Notes: a model not told the origin generated them from the letters alone. Shown: positions 38,965 to 53,413, counted from the first letter of the stretch. The stretch is DNA of 64,000 bases from Blepharisma stoltei ATCC 30299 (GCA_965603825.1 CBFDEM010000023.1:124001-188000); one strand, 5' to 3'. Numbers and translations: made by a program.

Positions 38965-40953
38965 TTATGGATTAACTAAAAGTAAGGGCTCGTCTTGGGT
39001 ATTTTTAGGTCTTGAAAAGATATTTGTTAAGAAATTTTTGAAGGGAGCTTCTATTAATAAATAGAGAACGAGGCCGAAAAAGTAGCTGCAAAATAGGATA
39101 TAAATAAAATCTGAAAATTGGTTAAGGGTTGTGAAAACGTAACCGTACTCTTCAGCTGAAAAAAGACCATAAACTACAGCTAAATGGACAAGAAAAGTGC
39201 TAAATGTTAGGTTGGAGAATGGGATCCAGCCTTTTCAGCTTAAAAATGAGGTAATTATAGAGAGATAGTCTAGTAGTAAAGGAAGAAACATCATACTATA
39301 TGATAGGCCGATAAAAAACCCATTTGTAGCAAAAGAAAGAATATTCCCTGTCCTTGAGTACCCTTGGAAATCATTATCTTTGTCAGAATAGCATGGCATT
39401 TGTCCAAAAATCTGCAAGTTTAATAATCCTAGCCCTATGGCAAACGATAAAACTGCCCCAAATCTCTTTTCTTGATAAATTCCCACTATTTGCTTTCCAA
39501 AGCCATCAAAAACTCTTTCACTTTTACTCTGTAAATATATAATTGCGCTCAAAAATCCAAATAAGTACACAGTAACCCTACAATATGGTTTAACAAAGAA
39601 AATTTGATTGGTCTCGTTAGTAACATTTTTTTCTGCAACAAAGGCTATAGAAATTTCATATTCAGCAGCAAGAATAATCCTTAATACAAATTCAGATAAA
39701 AATACTACAGATGCCAAGATCCATGAGAACTTTTTAGGATAATAGCAATAAATTGTAATAAAAAATATCCCGAATAAAAATAGCTGGAGCTCTGAGGCAA
39801 TATACCATGTTTGGCTTATACAATGACTGCCCATACCGCCAGGAATAAAATTATTCAGGAAAAGTAAATTTGCCCACCAATATTTTTCGCAGTCTTTTGT
39901 CAAGTATTCATCAACAAAATGCCAGTTTGGCCCTGAGCCCATCGTAGGGACTACAGAAACTACAAAAGCTAGTATAAAAATGTATGCTGGAACTGTTTTT
40001 GCTATTTTTCTAAGAGTCTTGAAGCCCCATCTAAAGCTTTTAGGAAAATTTTGGATCTCTTTGAGCGATAAATATCCCATAAAAAAACCACAAATCCACA
40101 CAAATGTGTCAACTGCGTAGAATCCTCCATAATCAAAAGCAGTGCTAGCCCATCCAAAAATATAAGGAATATCTTCCGCATTTATAACAGCCCATTGCAC
40201 TCTTGCTAAAAATACTTGCACAAGAATAACCCATCCTAAACTCATAACTCTAATCCCATCAAAAATCTTTAAATTTTCATTAAATTTTGTATCAAAAAGT
40301 TTTTCCCAATTTTTTATCATAGAACAATTGATGAAAAAATATTTTAGTTTTGGCGATAAAATATTGGTTTTTTGGGGAAAATTCAAAGAAATATCGACCA
40401 TTTCGGATTTTTCTGTGAGTTCAACCATGATTTCTTTTTCTTCTTCTATTATTTTTTGTTTTTTAGGCTTATCTAGATGTTCAATCAAAGTCCCAGCAAA
40501 AACTAGAATTGCAAAGAAAAATGTAATAGCGATTATAAATCCTCCAAAAGCTGATAAAGTATGCTCTGTTGGGGAATTTATTTCGAAATTCATGTTAGAA
40601 GCTTTGAGGATGCTTAAATCCAAATGAGGGTTAGGATGACCTCGAATAAGGCTTTTAATTGAGTCTGCGTCACAGTCTTTAGGAACGCACAACCCTAAAT
40701 AAATTTCTAAAATATCCATTGGAGTTCTTAACAGAAGATACTGAGAGTCCTCTACACCTAAGCATAAATTATATAGCCCTAAATCATTGCTATCTCTCCC
40801 TGAATAATACAACCTTTTCACTGGAGAAATGCTAGTCAAATTTCCAGTCAAAAACTGCACAATTGCTGCAGCATCTGATTCCAGCGATTGTTTACATTTC
40901 TCAAGATTTGCAAAAGTCGAGATAATTCAAAGGAGAGTTATAATTAATTTCAT
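38965..40953 (-). CDS. NRF-6-like membrane O-acyltransferase (acyltransferase-3 family), 662 aa
   Basis: ATG 40953 with signal peptide; DLGLYNLC, GLCVPKDC, DGIRV, AVDTF, C..YWWANLLFLNN, TWYIASELQLF, LLIEAPF; TAA 38965. Confidence 0.9.
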
Positions 40954-41068
40954 GTTTTTATAATATCATTTACGTCATAAAATAATAAATTTTACTATCA
41001 ACAAGACTTTAATTAGCAAATATTAGTAATTTCCTATGATTCTTCTTTCAGTTTAAAATATTTGATAA

Positions 41069-42736
41069 ATGGAAGACCCAACTACCCATATTCAAGATAA
41101 CCTTGATTTCGCTGAAATTGCAGCTTACAATGCAATACAGAGCATATACTCATTAGGAGGCGAAATTCTCTATGATCACTACATTGAGCAAAAATCAGTT
41201 TCTTTTGCAGTTCAAAATCTTCAATCTATATTGGCAAACACTTTAGAAGCCCATTATGTCAGGCATGACCTTGGAGATCCTGAAATCTGAAAAGCAGATG
41301 AAGAGCCAGTTCCTTGCAAAATAGACTCATGGGCTCGAAACTCCATCCCAGTCAAAAAAAAGATAAAAATGCCTTCAGTTGAAACAACAACTCAGCAAGT
41401 TCCAGCTGACATGAAAAGTGTAAAAAGCTTCAAATCTAGTCGATCAGCGTTTACTCAAGTAAAACAACTAAATAAAACACTTAGAGGAATGCAAGGAGAA
41501 GTTATTGAAGAAACCAAAGGCCAACCAATTCCTATACAGCAAGAAAATGAAGAAATATCAGAGGAAGAAGAACAAATGAGGCAAAGAAAAGAAAGAGAAA
41601 TGAAAAGGAAAAGAGAAGAAAGAGAAAGAATTAGACAAAGAAAAGAAGAAGAGGACGAAAAAGAGAAAAAAATTGTAAAAGAAGCTGAAGACTTGAAAAA
41701 TAAAACTTTTACCTATGATAACAAAGGCAAAATTGTGATTGTAAACCCCTTAAAATATGACACAATCCCACCAACTGCATTAGTAGTAAAATATACTCTG
41801 CCTGTCCCGATAGTAGAAGAAAACCCAAAAGACCAAAAAAAGCCTAAAAAAGACCAAACTAAAGAATTTTCCATTGTGAAAGCAAGAAAACAAGTCCCAG
41901 TACAAGAGCAAGAATGGGTTAAAAATGTCACTTCAGTCGCGCCTCCTATATTTGACACTATAAAATTAACTACTGGAGTATCCATAATAGAAGGAGGAAG
42001 AACAAAATACCCAGTCAATCAAGCAGGAGGAGATCTAAAAACGATGACTAGGAGAGAATATAGGACGCTCTCAGAGCATAGACCAAACCCTTCCATTATG
42101 AATATGGCAGATAACCTTAACCTGTCTAATGATAAAAGATCTCCAAGAAGCAGCCAAGAGTCTTTTAAGCCAGGCAGCAATAATACACAAAGCAAAAAAG
42201 ATTTACTAGAAAGCATCCCAGACTTTGAAGAACCAAACCATGATGTTGAAGAATTATCAGAAGAGGAATCATTATCAGGAAGTAAGTCAGTAAAAATACC
42301 AAGATCCAATACATCTAATAAAGATCGAATTTTACAGTATGGCCAAACCATTGAAGAAACTGAAGAAATGAATCCTGTTGAAAAATTCAATGTATCAATT
42401 TTAAAAAATAAACAATGGGGAACCAATCCTCCATTTAAACAAGCTTTTCTTCCAGACAAAATTCCTAAAAAGCATCCAAATGATAAAGAAGCTTGGAGAC
42501 TCTATGCAGACCAGATAAAAAAACCCAAAGATGACCCATTTGCATCAGTTAAAGAACTCTGGGAAAAAAGAAGTTCTTCACTTAAGAAGCCTCGAGATCG
42601 GCCTTTTATCGAACGCGTCGAAAAGAAAAAAAGAATGCCGCCTCCTCCATTTGGACAAACTATGGTCAACCATGTGCCAGAAATTACAGGAATTGGCTCA
42701 TCTGGGGCTTATTTATCAGCAGATTTTAACTCATAA
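41069..42736 (+). CDS. Hypothetical protein with C2orf81-like motif, 555 aa
   Basis: Two fragments joined by TGA 41288; [W]KADEEPVPCKIDSWARNSIPV. Confidence 0.75.
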
Positions 42737-42750
42737 TTTTTTGGTAATTA

Positions 42751-43206
42751 TTAGATTCTGTATTTTCTCTTCCAATCTGCTTCTAAGACCCTCATTTGCC
42801 ACTCTTCATTGATTTTTAGTAGCTCATAATGATTTGTATCAAGATATTCGTCATCACTTCTAACTACTGAGCCGACTCCCATGAAAAATCCAAATGATAA
42901 GCCCATAATTGCGCCTGATATAGGAATATAAATAGGATTTTTTGTTTTCCAAGCTGCAAAAATGCCAGAAAGCGAGCCAAAAATTCCCCCGACGATCCCA
43001 CCCATTTTGAAGCCTTGTATGAATTTTTCAGAAAATCCTTCTTTTCCTACGAAAGTAGATTTTAAGCGATTCCATTTGGCAAGGAGGCGGCTTGGTTTTT
43101 TTTTTGATTCTCCAAAGTTTTCAATAGCGTAAGGGTCTTTTTCTTGGCTGTCTTTGGATTTTTGGACTAGATCTTGGAAATATGATGAACTTGGTTTATC
43201 TGACAT
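42751..43206 (-). CDS. ROMO1/Mgr2-family mitochondrial inner-membrane protein, 151 aa
   Basis: GFKMGGIVGGIFG...SFGFFMGVGSVVRS; ATG 43206. Confidence 0.8.
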   Translation of the reverse strand: MSDKPSSSYFQDLVQKSKDSQEKDPYAIENFGESKKKPSRLLAKWNRLKSTFVGKEGFSEKFIQGFKMGGIVGGIFGSLSGIFAAWKTKNPIYIPISGAIMGLSFGFFMGVGSVVRSDDEYLDTNHYELLKINEEWQMRVLEADWKRKYRI

Positions 43207-43461
43207 ATTTTTATGGTAAGAGATAGAAGATGTTTTATTAAGAGTTGCTAGAAGATAATAGTAAATAAGGTTTAAACCTAGCCTACTTATCAAATTTTAC
43301 TTCTTTTATTATAGGTTTTAAATCTTATGTTTTCTCATTATGATTTTTAATATATAGCTTAAATATTCATAAAAAGCTTAAATAAACCCACCTAAAACAA
43401 TATTTTCTCAGTAATTTCTCCTATTTAAAATTCTCTTTTATTATATGAATATTTTCATATT

Positions 43462-44307
43462 ATGCTAAGAGCACTTCTAAGACACACAGGATCAAAGCCT
43501 CTTATTCGTAGCCCTTTACAGTGATCAAACATTGCAAGGCTGATCTTCTCTCAAGACCATTCTTTAGCCAATCAAATCTACAACTCAGTAGTAGAAAAGC
43601 ATAAAAAATCATTTCAAAAATTAAACCTAAAGCAGCATGATAGGATCATCGATCTCATCATTTCTGCATATATGAAAGAGCCAGCCAACGAAGCTTTAAA
43701 ATCAAGACTCACTGACTTTCAAGGAATTTTTGAAGAAAATGAAGGGCGTCTGAGGATTTCTCGAGCCTGGATTGACGCAATTCAGCAGGAAACCAAAATC
43801 AAGCTATTCCCAGACCGCTTGCTAAAAATCCCTGACAGAAATCTCGATAACAGACACTACGCTGAAATTATTCACAATATGCACACAGCAGCTTATAATA
43901 TCATGACCTATAAGAAATTAGAGCCTACAATGAACTTTTTTTATAGAGGGATTTTCCCAGTCCATGATAAACTTGAGCTTAAAGGGAATTTAGGCGACAA
44001 ATTAAGGCTAGAAAATGATGAAATCAAGATAAAAGATGAGGTACATATAAGATGCTGCTCAATAAAGCCTCACGCGTGTGAAAATTATGATTTTGACCCA
44101 ACTCCTAATGTAACTTTTATTATTGCACGTGGGATGGACGATAATGGAAAGCAATCTATATGTGTAATGCCTACTGTGCTGTTTTCTGTGCATGATTTGC
44201 CGAAATTTAGGTATAAAGGCAATGCTGAGCCGGATAGTATTTTCCTCGTCAATAAAGCAAAACTGAAAGAGTTTTTTTATTTATTTGAACAAGAAATGGT
44301 CCGATAA
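43462..44307 (+). CDS. Hypothetical protein with probable mitochondrial presequence, 281 aa
   Basis: ATG 43462 (MLRALLRHTGSKPLIRSPLQ[W]) in frame with 43672-44307. Confidence 0.8.
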
Positions 44308-44320
44308 TTAATTAATTATT

Positions 44321-44725
44321 TTATCAATAATGTCTTTCAAGCGATTTATTTCGAGCTGAAATCCTGCTTTTTTGTTTTGTTCTTCTAAAAGGCATAGGGC
44401 TGAAAGTGCTTGAGGAAGCATTTAAATCCATTTCTCTCTTGCTTGGCTTATTTTTTTTATTTTTTGGACTTATTTGAGTTTGGCTTAGGGCTACACTAAA
44501 AGAATAAGGAACAGGAAAAACATATACACTTGTAGGGCTACAGTCTACAGATTGCGTCCTTATTTTAGGTGATTGTGAAGACCTTCTTCGGTTTAGAGTC
44601 CTAAAGGTTCTTGGTGGCGTCGGTGCTCTTGGCTTTAAAGGGGAGGAAATTCGTGAATATTTTGGAAGAGTCCTTTCAAAGGAGTAGACATGCGAATAAT
44701 ACTTAGGATCATCAAAAGATTCCAT
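44321..44725 (-). CDS. Hypothetical basic S/P/R-rich protein
   Basis: ATG ORF ending TGA-TAA. Confidence 0.7.
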
Positions 44726-44800
44726 TTCTACCAGTCTAACTGAAACAAAATTAATTATATATTAATTTACACAAAAGTCATATTAATCCAATATATTTAT

Positions 44801-45277
44801 TTATAGAGTTTGTGCATCCCACCAAGCAACAAATGCAGACAAACACCCAGCCCAGCACAAAACCCAACATGTCCCAAAATACCCTAATATTACAACAGAA
44901 GTATAGATAGACACCTCACTGTCACAGTCATCTGATTGCAAAAGTCACACCGCTCCTAAAATAAAAATAATAAGTCTAAACAATCCATAGACCAAATAAT
45001 CACAAGCAATATATAAAATCTGCACCAGAGTTGCTCGATTTGTACACCTCGCGGTAAGTTTTGAGTGCCGAATTGTGAATTTGAAGGCAAAATAAATGAT
45101 TTGAAAAAACACAGAGATAATCGTTGAGTAGAAAACTATTTGGAGGAAGAGCATCACGTTATCGTCACAGGAATACTGCAGCATCAGCGGAGTTATGATG
45201 ATAACACCGACCCTCATAAGAAACCAGGATATGGAAAGGGCAAAGGCTGTTCGTGAGCTAATTAACTCGAAATCCAT
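44801..45277 (-). CDS. Small 4-TM hypothetical protein, 158 aa
   Basis: 44945-45277 continues through TGA (LGAV[W]LLQSDDC) to TAA 44801. Confidence 0.8.
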
Positions 45278-45435
45278 AATAATTAATTGAAAAAAGCTTA
45301 AAGTTCTATTATGATAAAAGGCTTATAGGAATATTTAATTGGCAGATACTAAAAAATAAATACCTAGGAAAATAGTCTTTATTAATTGTAATGGGATAAA
45401 TATTTTTTTGTAAACGTTTCAAACATAATAAAGTC

Positions 45436-48081
45436 ATGGATTCAACAGGATTATTGCGGTTACCACTTATAAGCAGAAGCCAAAGAAACTCGTCGTCTAC
45501 TGCTGCTACTACACCTTTGAGAAGTCCTTTCTTGTCACCAGCCCAATCACCGTCAAACCATGCTGCTCAGCTAGAAAAAAAGCTTGGAAAATATCTGAAA
45601 AAGAAAACTAATCACAGATCAGGCTCAATTGACCTTGCCTGCTTTCACGAAGAACCAAATAAAAGATTAAATTTTTTTAATTCATACAAAAACCTACCCA
45701 AATTATCCCAAAGAAACCAGTACAATCATATAGAAAACAGCTCCAATATAGCTTATCTCGAAGAAATCGATAAAGTCCGATTAAATCCGAAGCCATTTGG
45801 AATGATTCAGAAAGAAGGACTAGAAACGACAATTGATATACACATGTATAGTATGGGCGATAAATACGCAGAAGCGTTTTCTACTGGTCTGGATAAGCTC
45901 AAGAGTGTAGAAGCTTTAAATTTAAAAGGAAACGGCCTCAGTCAAAAAGGGGCGACCAAGATTATCTCGAATCTTGGCACAAAAAAAGTAAAAAATCTGA
46001 ATTTGGCTGATAATAAAATTGGGGAGAAATCGATAGAAAAATTGATTGAAATATTAAGCAATCATCATTCAGTGCTAAAGCAGCTGAATTTGGAAAATAC
46101 AAAGTTAACTGATAAACCAGTTATCATGCTATGCCAATGCTTGACAGAAAATAAAGTTCTTACAAAGTTAAATTTAGCGAAGAACAATATTAGTGATATT
46201 TCTGCTAAAAGTATAGCAGAGATGCTATCATATAACAATTGGATTAGATTTTTAGATTTACATTGAAATAAAATCCGCGGACCAGGCGCTAAAGAAATTT
46301 TTGAAGGGATCGAGTCCAATGACGGCTTAAAACACCTCGATTTATCATGAAACGCTATGGGCAGCAACCAAGACTTAGAAATCTCCCAAAAAGTTGGCTC
46401 AGCCTTAAAAAAAAATCGAGCCCTCATACATCTAGACCTATCCTACAACTATTTTACCATGAAAGAATGCGAAATCATAGGCGAAGAATTAAAATACAAC
46501 CACACTTTACTAGGAATTCATATGCTTGGAAACAGCTGCAAGGTAACTTCACGCGGCTTTATAGTGCCTACAGAAGGCCAAAGTGGCATTGAAAGGGCTC
46601 ATTTTTTTCAAAGGGCAATTGGAGCTTCCCCCAGAGCATCAGAGCACCCCGAGGAAAATTTAAATTGCTGGATCTGTGAAAAATGGGTAGAAATGATATT
46701 TAAATGGACGCCTGGGGTGTCTGGAGATGCAGACACTGACCCGATTTTTTTGAATTTGGAATGTGACGAATATGAACAAGACTATATGGAGAAAAATGAA
46801 AAAGGGACTTTTATTGCGGTCAGAGCAGTTCCGCATGGGAAAATTAATTTTTTCTTTAGTACGCTGAAAGAGCATATGCTTTCTAAAGAAATTGATACTC
46901 ATACACTGGACGAGCCTATAGAAATTAGTGTTGGGAAAAATAATATAGAAATTTCTGCAGTTAACACAAAAAATGCAGAAGGGATAGAAATGGACCCGAA
47001 AAATCCTTTTGACACCCTTCCAAGAATGCATAATAAATACCAGAGGCCAAGCGCAGGATTAGAAAGAATACAATGGTCAGTCCCTATAAGTCTTTTTAAA
47101 GACTATAAATTTGATACTGATGAATTAATGCTAGATGGGTTTGAATTTGATTATAAACATACTCGTATTAATAATTTTGTAAAAAAGCCTGAAGAGCAAG
47201 AATTAGTAAAAGCTGTTTTAAGAAAAGTATATAGGAATTTCAGAGAATCTTATAAGTACATTTCTGCCATTGGAGGAAATGATGTATTTTGTATTGGCTC
47301 AAATCTTTTGACTGATTTTTTAAATCAATGTAGCATGTTCGATGAATATTTTTCGATCTCTGACTTAGGTGTAAACTGGAATTCTACAAATTCCCAGCCT
47401 GATAAAAATCAGATTTATAATGCAGGAAATGGGCTGTGTAGGTACGAATTTATGGAAGTTTTAGTGAGAATTGCTAATGACAAATACGTAAGAAACAAGC
47501 TAGTAGAAAATGTCGCTGAAGCAGTAAAAAAAATGATGGAAAATCATATTTACCCTGTCTTCTCCCAATATGATTCCAATAAATGACGATTTGAAAGGTA
47601 TGTATGTGAAGATGTCGATTTATGCTTAAAATGCCATAGGCTCATCTTAGATACCTTATACAAAAGATATAGTGGCAAAAAGACTCTTCCAGGCAAAAAG
47701 CCTTTTATGTGTTTAGACGAGTTCAGAAGTCTATGCACAGATGCGAATCTTATAAGTGACACTTTTGCTACAAGAGAAATAGATATTTGTTATTCCCAAT
47801 CCATGATGACACAAGTTGACGAACTTTATAAATCCCGACACATGGAAATGAGCTTTGTTGAATTTCTAGAAGCAATTTGCAGAGCAGCTGATTTATCAAA
47901 TCTTCCTAAAATCACAGGCGAGTTACAAGAAAATATAAAAGATTTACCTCTAAAGGCGAAATTGGAGAACACATTTCCTTACCTTTTGAAAATTTGCCCA
48001 TTCAGCGTCAGAGACTCCTTTGTATTTCCTACAGAAGATACCTATTTCAATTTGATGTATAGGCCAAAATGTGAGGATTAA
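45436..48081 (+). CDS. RI-type leucine-rich-repeat protein, 881 aa
   Basis: Three same-frame fragments joined by TGA; LDLH[W]NKI, LDLS[W]NAMG, NCWICEKW, LCRYEFMEVLVRIA, MSFVEFLEAICR. Confidence 0.9.
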
Positions 48082-48091
48082 TTTATATTAG

Positions 48092-49681
48092 CTAATTATA
48101 ATAGTCTTCTTTTTTAGCAAAATTGGTGGTAACTCGTCTTACAGTTAATCGTTTCTGGGAAAGCCTTCTTGTTTGTTTTCTTTCTATTTCATTTGCTTCA
48201 GTAGGCAACGCAGAAGTTTCTTCTGAAAAACACATCATAATTTCTTTAAATTCTCCAAAATCCATCCCATTTCCTGCTTTTAATTGAAATTCATTTAAAA
48301 TATCAACCATGTCCAGGTCTGATATAAAGCAGCCTGCTTTTTCTAATGCAAATTTTAATTCTTCTACCTGTATATACCCGTTGCTATTTACATCAAAATA
48401 CTTGAAAGTGTTTCACATTGATTCTTCGTCAAGCAGCCTTTTTCGGTCCATTGCTGCTATAAGAAATTGGGTGTAGTTTAGTTTTCCGTTTCCGATATAA
48501 TCGATTTGTTCAATTAGTGAAGCAATTTCTTCACTAGCAAAAAAGTACCCATTTCTCCTCATAGCGTCTGCTATGTCATCAGCAGTAATAAACCCAGTTT
48601 TGCTTCTATCTATGTCTTGAAAAGCTGCTTGGAGATCAGCTATTTGTTCCTCTGATAAATCCCTCACAAGAACTTTCATACTCTCCTGTCATAGCTTGCT
48701 AGGAGCTTTAAACCTTTTTATAGAGTTGAAAATTTCTAATTTTATATGCTGGGATTGGTTGTGCTGCCCCAGATATATAAACCAATGATGATTTATAGCG
48801 TTTTTTACAGATATTCTGTGTTGAGGGTTTAAAACAAGCATTTTTTGGATTAAATTTTTGGCTTGTTTAGATACAAGTTTCCATCTGTCGTCATCAAAAT
48901 TATACTCACATTTCACGATTTTCTGGAAAAGAGCTTTGACGTCATTCGAGCGAAATGGATGAGCCCCAGAAAGCATAAAATACATTATAACGCCTAATGA
49001 CCACACGTCACATTCTTTACCATAATTACCTTTCAGCACTTCTGGAGCTACATAATAAGGCGTCCCAACCATAGTATGGAGAACACGGTTTTCTCCAAAC
49101 CGATTAGACATTCCAAAATCTACTAATTTTATTTCTGCATCTTGAGAGTTACTAACAAATAGAAAATTTTCTGGCTTTAAGTCACGATGGCAGATTTTCA
49201 AACTATGCAAATGATTGACGGCTGAGAGCATGCATTTCATGATTCGGCCGACTTCATCTTCGGTCAATATCTGTTTATTTAAGATATAGTCAAAAATGTC
49301 TCCACCTGTGCATAATTCCATAACTAGATGGATATACCTTGCGTCTTCATATATTTCATATAGTTTAATAATATTTGGATGATCCACAAGTTTCAAAATA
49401 TCAAGCTCCCTTTTCATAGTAAGAAGATTCATTTTGACCTTATCCTTGCATATCGATTTAATTGCATAGGTTTTATCACTGTGAACCTCACCCAGTTTTT
49501 TGGCTTCTCTCACAGTACCAAATTGCCCATAGCCTAAAACCTTCAGAAATTCATATTTGTCACGAACACCTAAATAGCAATTACTTTCAAGTCTAGAATC
49601 TTTGCATATTTCTGAACGAGAAAGGATGCGGGCCTTCCGAGGGGTCTTTAACTGAGATTCTTTGCAGATACATGCACCCAT
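48092..49681 (-). CDS. Calcium-dependent protein kinase (CDPK), 529 aa
   Basis: MGAC N-terminus, HRDLKPENFL, VGTPYYVAPE, then EF-hands (DRSKTGFIT, DYIGNGKLN, DVNSNGYIQ); joined via TGA 48689 and 48413. Confidence 0.95.
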
Positions 49682-49921
49682 TTAAGAAGTAATTTTAATA
49701 AAAAGACTATAAAAATGTAACGAGAGACTTCTTTTGACTGCGATTTTAAAAGATTTTTAATGTTGATTATTTAATGATTATAATTTAAATTTTTTAAAAA
49801 TTATCATAAAGGTCTAGTGTAACTAAGGAGATTTAAATCAGTTTTAAATTATCTTTATAAAGAGATCAAATAAATCTATTATGGATTATTTTCATAGGCT
49901 AGTAACTAAAATAATATTTTA

Positions 49922-52798
49922 ATGTTAAGTCCAGACAAAGAATCTCACAGTCAAAATGAGCCTACCCCAGAGCTTTATTCTCCTCGCCCCAACTCTGTAG
50001 AAAAAGACTACAACGAGCAGCTTACATCTCTGCGTAATCAATATGACCAAAGGCTTAAAAGCATTTCTTCCAATATTCAAATGTTTTTGCAAGAGCTATG
50101 CGGGGACGACATTTTCAACGCTATGAGAGAAAACCCTTTAAGCCAAGACTACGCGCTTCAGCGTATTGAAGAAATGTTTGAGCATTCCATGAACAGTGAA
50201 CGAGAAGTTACCATTCATAGACTAACCCAAGAGCTCGCAGAAAAAGATGGTTACATTGTAAGACTGGAAAATGATAATAAATGATTAACTTCTACATGCC
50301 AAGATTTAGAAATTAAAAGAAAAAAAGAAAAAATAGACACAGAAACTGCAAGCAAAAACGCAAAAGAATTAAATGAAGAATTAGAAGAAACCAAGCGAAA
50401 ATTAGCTGATACTTTAAAAAGAAAAGAAAAGGAATGGAACGAAAAGCTAGACGAATTGATAAGATCGAAATCTCAGACATTTCAAAGTCCAAGCGCTCAA
50501 TCAAAACAAGAAATGGAAAATTTATTAAAAGAAAAGGACAGAGAAATCCGAGAAATAAAACAAGAATTAGAAAAATATTTACAGCAGGTAAAATTCCCTA
50601 ATAAAAACTTAGATATGCAAAATCAGCTAGAAAGAATTAAATTTGAAAACGAAAGATTAAAAGAAATGAACGAAAACCTGAAGCGGGAAGTCAACGAAGC
50701 TGTGCTACAAAGCCAATCGTATCAGCAGAGATATGAACAAGAAATTTATAAGTTTGATAAATTAAAAGAAGAATTATTAGAAGATTTCAAACGAAAATTG
50801 AAAAAATTCAAACAAAAAATTGTGTCACAAAAAGAAAAGATAGGGAATTTGAGGATAGAGGCCGAAAAATTCAGTGAAAAAGAAAATGAACTTAAGAGGG
50901 AAATAGAAAAAATGAAAATGGAGACACAAAATGCTAAATATGATGCGCAAGAAAAAATCAGGCAAATAATAGCAGAATATAATAAAAAAGAAATAGAAAT
51001 TACTGATGAGTTGCAAGGGAAAATAGAGGCTACTAAAAATCATTATACTCAGTTAATAGCTAAAAAAGAGCTAGAAAGCCGACAAGAGCTTGATCTAGAA
51101 ATATCAAAAATCCAAGACGCCCAAAAATCAGCCAAAATTGCTTATGAATCAAAAATAAATAATTATGAAAGTAATTTTATTTCAAAAAATTTGTTTTCAC
51201 AGCTGCTTGAAGAAAAAGAAAAGCTACTGACAAGGGATTTTAAAGCAAAAACCGAAAATTTAACTTGGGATTTTTCGAAAAAAGAAGAAGAAAATGCTAA
51301 TTTAATAGAGAAACTCAGGATTGAAAATGAAAATTTAAGAGTTAAAGTAGAAAATAATAAAGAAATGACAAAGAAAATGGGAGAATCGTTTAGTAAAAGA
51401 CTAAATGATCCTTGGAATAATGAAACTTTAGAAAATTACCCAAGATCTCCTATAAGAAAATCTCCAGATTTTGAAAAAATAAATGAACTGGAAACTCTTC
51501 TAGAAATTTCGAATCAAAAAGTGAGGCAAACTCAAGACAAATACGAAGAGATTCTCTCAAATATGGTAGAAAAATCAAGTTTAATAGAAAGCCAAGCCAT
51601 TATTAATAATCTACAGTCCGCAATTTCAAATAAAGAAAAGACAATTATAAGGCTTGAAGCTGAATTATCGATGATGGAAGATACGCTAAAAGAACTTGCT
51701 AAAGAAAATAAAGAAATTTTGGCCAAACAAGCACATATTAAAAATGAGCTGAATAATAAAAGCATAGAAAGTGTAAAAGGAGAAATAAAAAAATTAAAAG
51801 AAGCTTTAGCATCAAAAATTAAAGAAAATTCTGAACTTAAAAATGAGATGAAAAGATTAGACAATTTTTGTTTTGAGGTCACAACTAAAAATAGATCTTA
51901 TTTAGAAAATTCAAAACATAAGGCAAAGCTAGATATTTTAGCTTTGAAAAGAGAATTAAAACAGCTCCGACAAACATTTGAGTTTGAATTCATGGTCTTC
52001 GTTAAAAACTTATCAAGGACTTTTGGGGAAATCCATAATAAACTTAAAGACACACAAAATAGATCAAAATCAGTTTCCTTCAGAAAAATTGCGACTGCAA
52101 TAGATCCTAATAATCAAGAACTTATGCAGTACTGCAATGATGAATTAAGCTTAATTTCAATAATAAAAAACAAAATTTCACAGAAAAATGATATTTCTGT
52201 AGATTTCAACAAAATTAGGTCAGAATACGAAAATCTTGTAAGAGAAAACAAAATCCTAAAGAAAAATATTAGTTTAAAGTCTTCAGATATTGATGCTCTT
52301 CAGAAAGAAGCTACTAAGATTACAATGCTCATGAAATCAGAATACGAAAAAAAGGTCAAAAAAATCAAAGAAAAATACACAAAAGAAATATCCTCTTTGA
52401 AAGCCCAAATTAAAAGTCTAAACGACAATAAAGAGGGCCTCGAATCCCAGTTAGAAAATATAAAAATAGACCATAGCGAAGAATTAGAAAACCTCAAAAC
52501 AGACTTAGAGTTCAAAATTGACTGTCTCCAACAAGAAATTACTCGTCTAACCAATACTCCATCTCCTGAGTTTCCTCAAAAAGAGGTCAGTTTTCTCAAG
52601 AAAAAAGTCACTGACTTAGAGCGCAATCTTCTTCGAGAGCAATCTCAAAAATCCCAAATTTTGAGAAACAAATCTGACGAAATTCAAAATCTCAACCAAA
52701 CAATAGATAAGCTTAGCAAAGTTATTGAAGAAAAATCAATAGAAGACACGTTCAGCACCAGAAGAAGCTTAGAAGCTACTTTATCTCCAAAATATTAA
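49922..52798 (+). CDS. Long coiled-coil protein, 958 aa
   Basis: Two fragments in the same frame joined by TGA 50282; E/K/L heptads. Confidence 0.85.
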
Positions 52799-52825
52799 TT
52801 TAATAAAATCTAACAGTACCAATAA

Positions 52826-53413
52826 ATGGAAGAGTCATGCGAAGTTCGGTTTATTCTACTAGGGAATGGTAGTGTAGGAAAAACCTGCATTATGCTGAGA
52901 TTCACAAAGAAACCTATACGAGTTTCTCATATAAAAACAATTGGAATCGACGTAGAAAAACGAAATTTTCAATATCAAGGGAAAAATATTGAAATTAAAA
53001 TTTGGGACACAGCCGGACAGGAAAGATATCGAAATGCACTGCCTAGGGATTTATTTCATCGATTAAACGGAGCCTTATTAGTATATGACGTTACACAGCG
53101 GGATACATTTGCAGCTGTACAAAGTTGAATGAAATTAATTGAAGATAATGCACCAGAAAACACAGCGATAATTTTAGTTGCAAATAAAATTGATGAACAG
53201 TTTATTGTGGCAGAAAGCGAAGGCAGGGCACTTGCAGAATCTTATAGGATTCCTTTTATTATGACAAGTGCAAAAACTGGGGAAAATATTGAGCTAGCAT
53301 TTGAGGAGCTATTAAAAGTAGCTATTGAGAAAAATCCTAAGTTATTAGAGAAAAATAAAGAAGGCGAAACTTTGACAGAAAAAGCAGCTTCACCTATAAA
53401 GCGGTGCTGCTAA
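52826..53413 (+). CDS. Rab-family small GTPase, 195 aa
   Basis: GNGSVGKT, IWDTAGQERY, VQS[W]MKLI, VANKID, TSAKTG, C-terminal CC. Confidence 0.96.
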
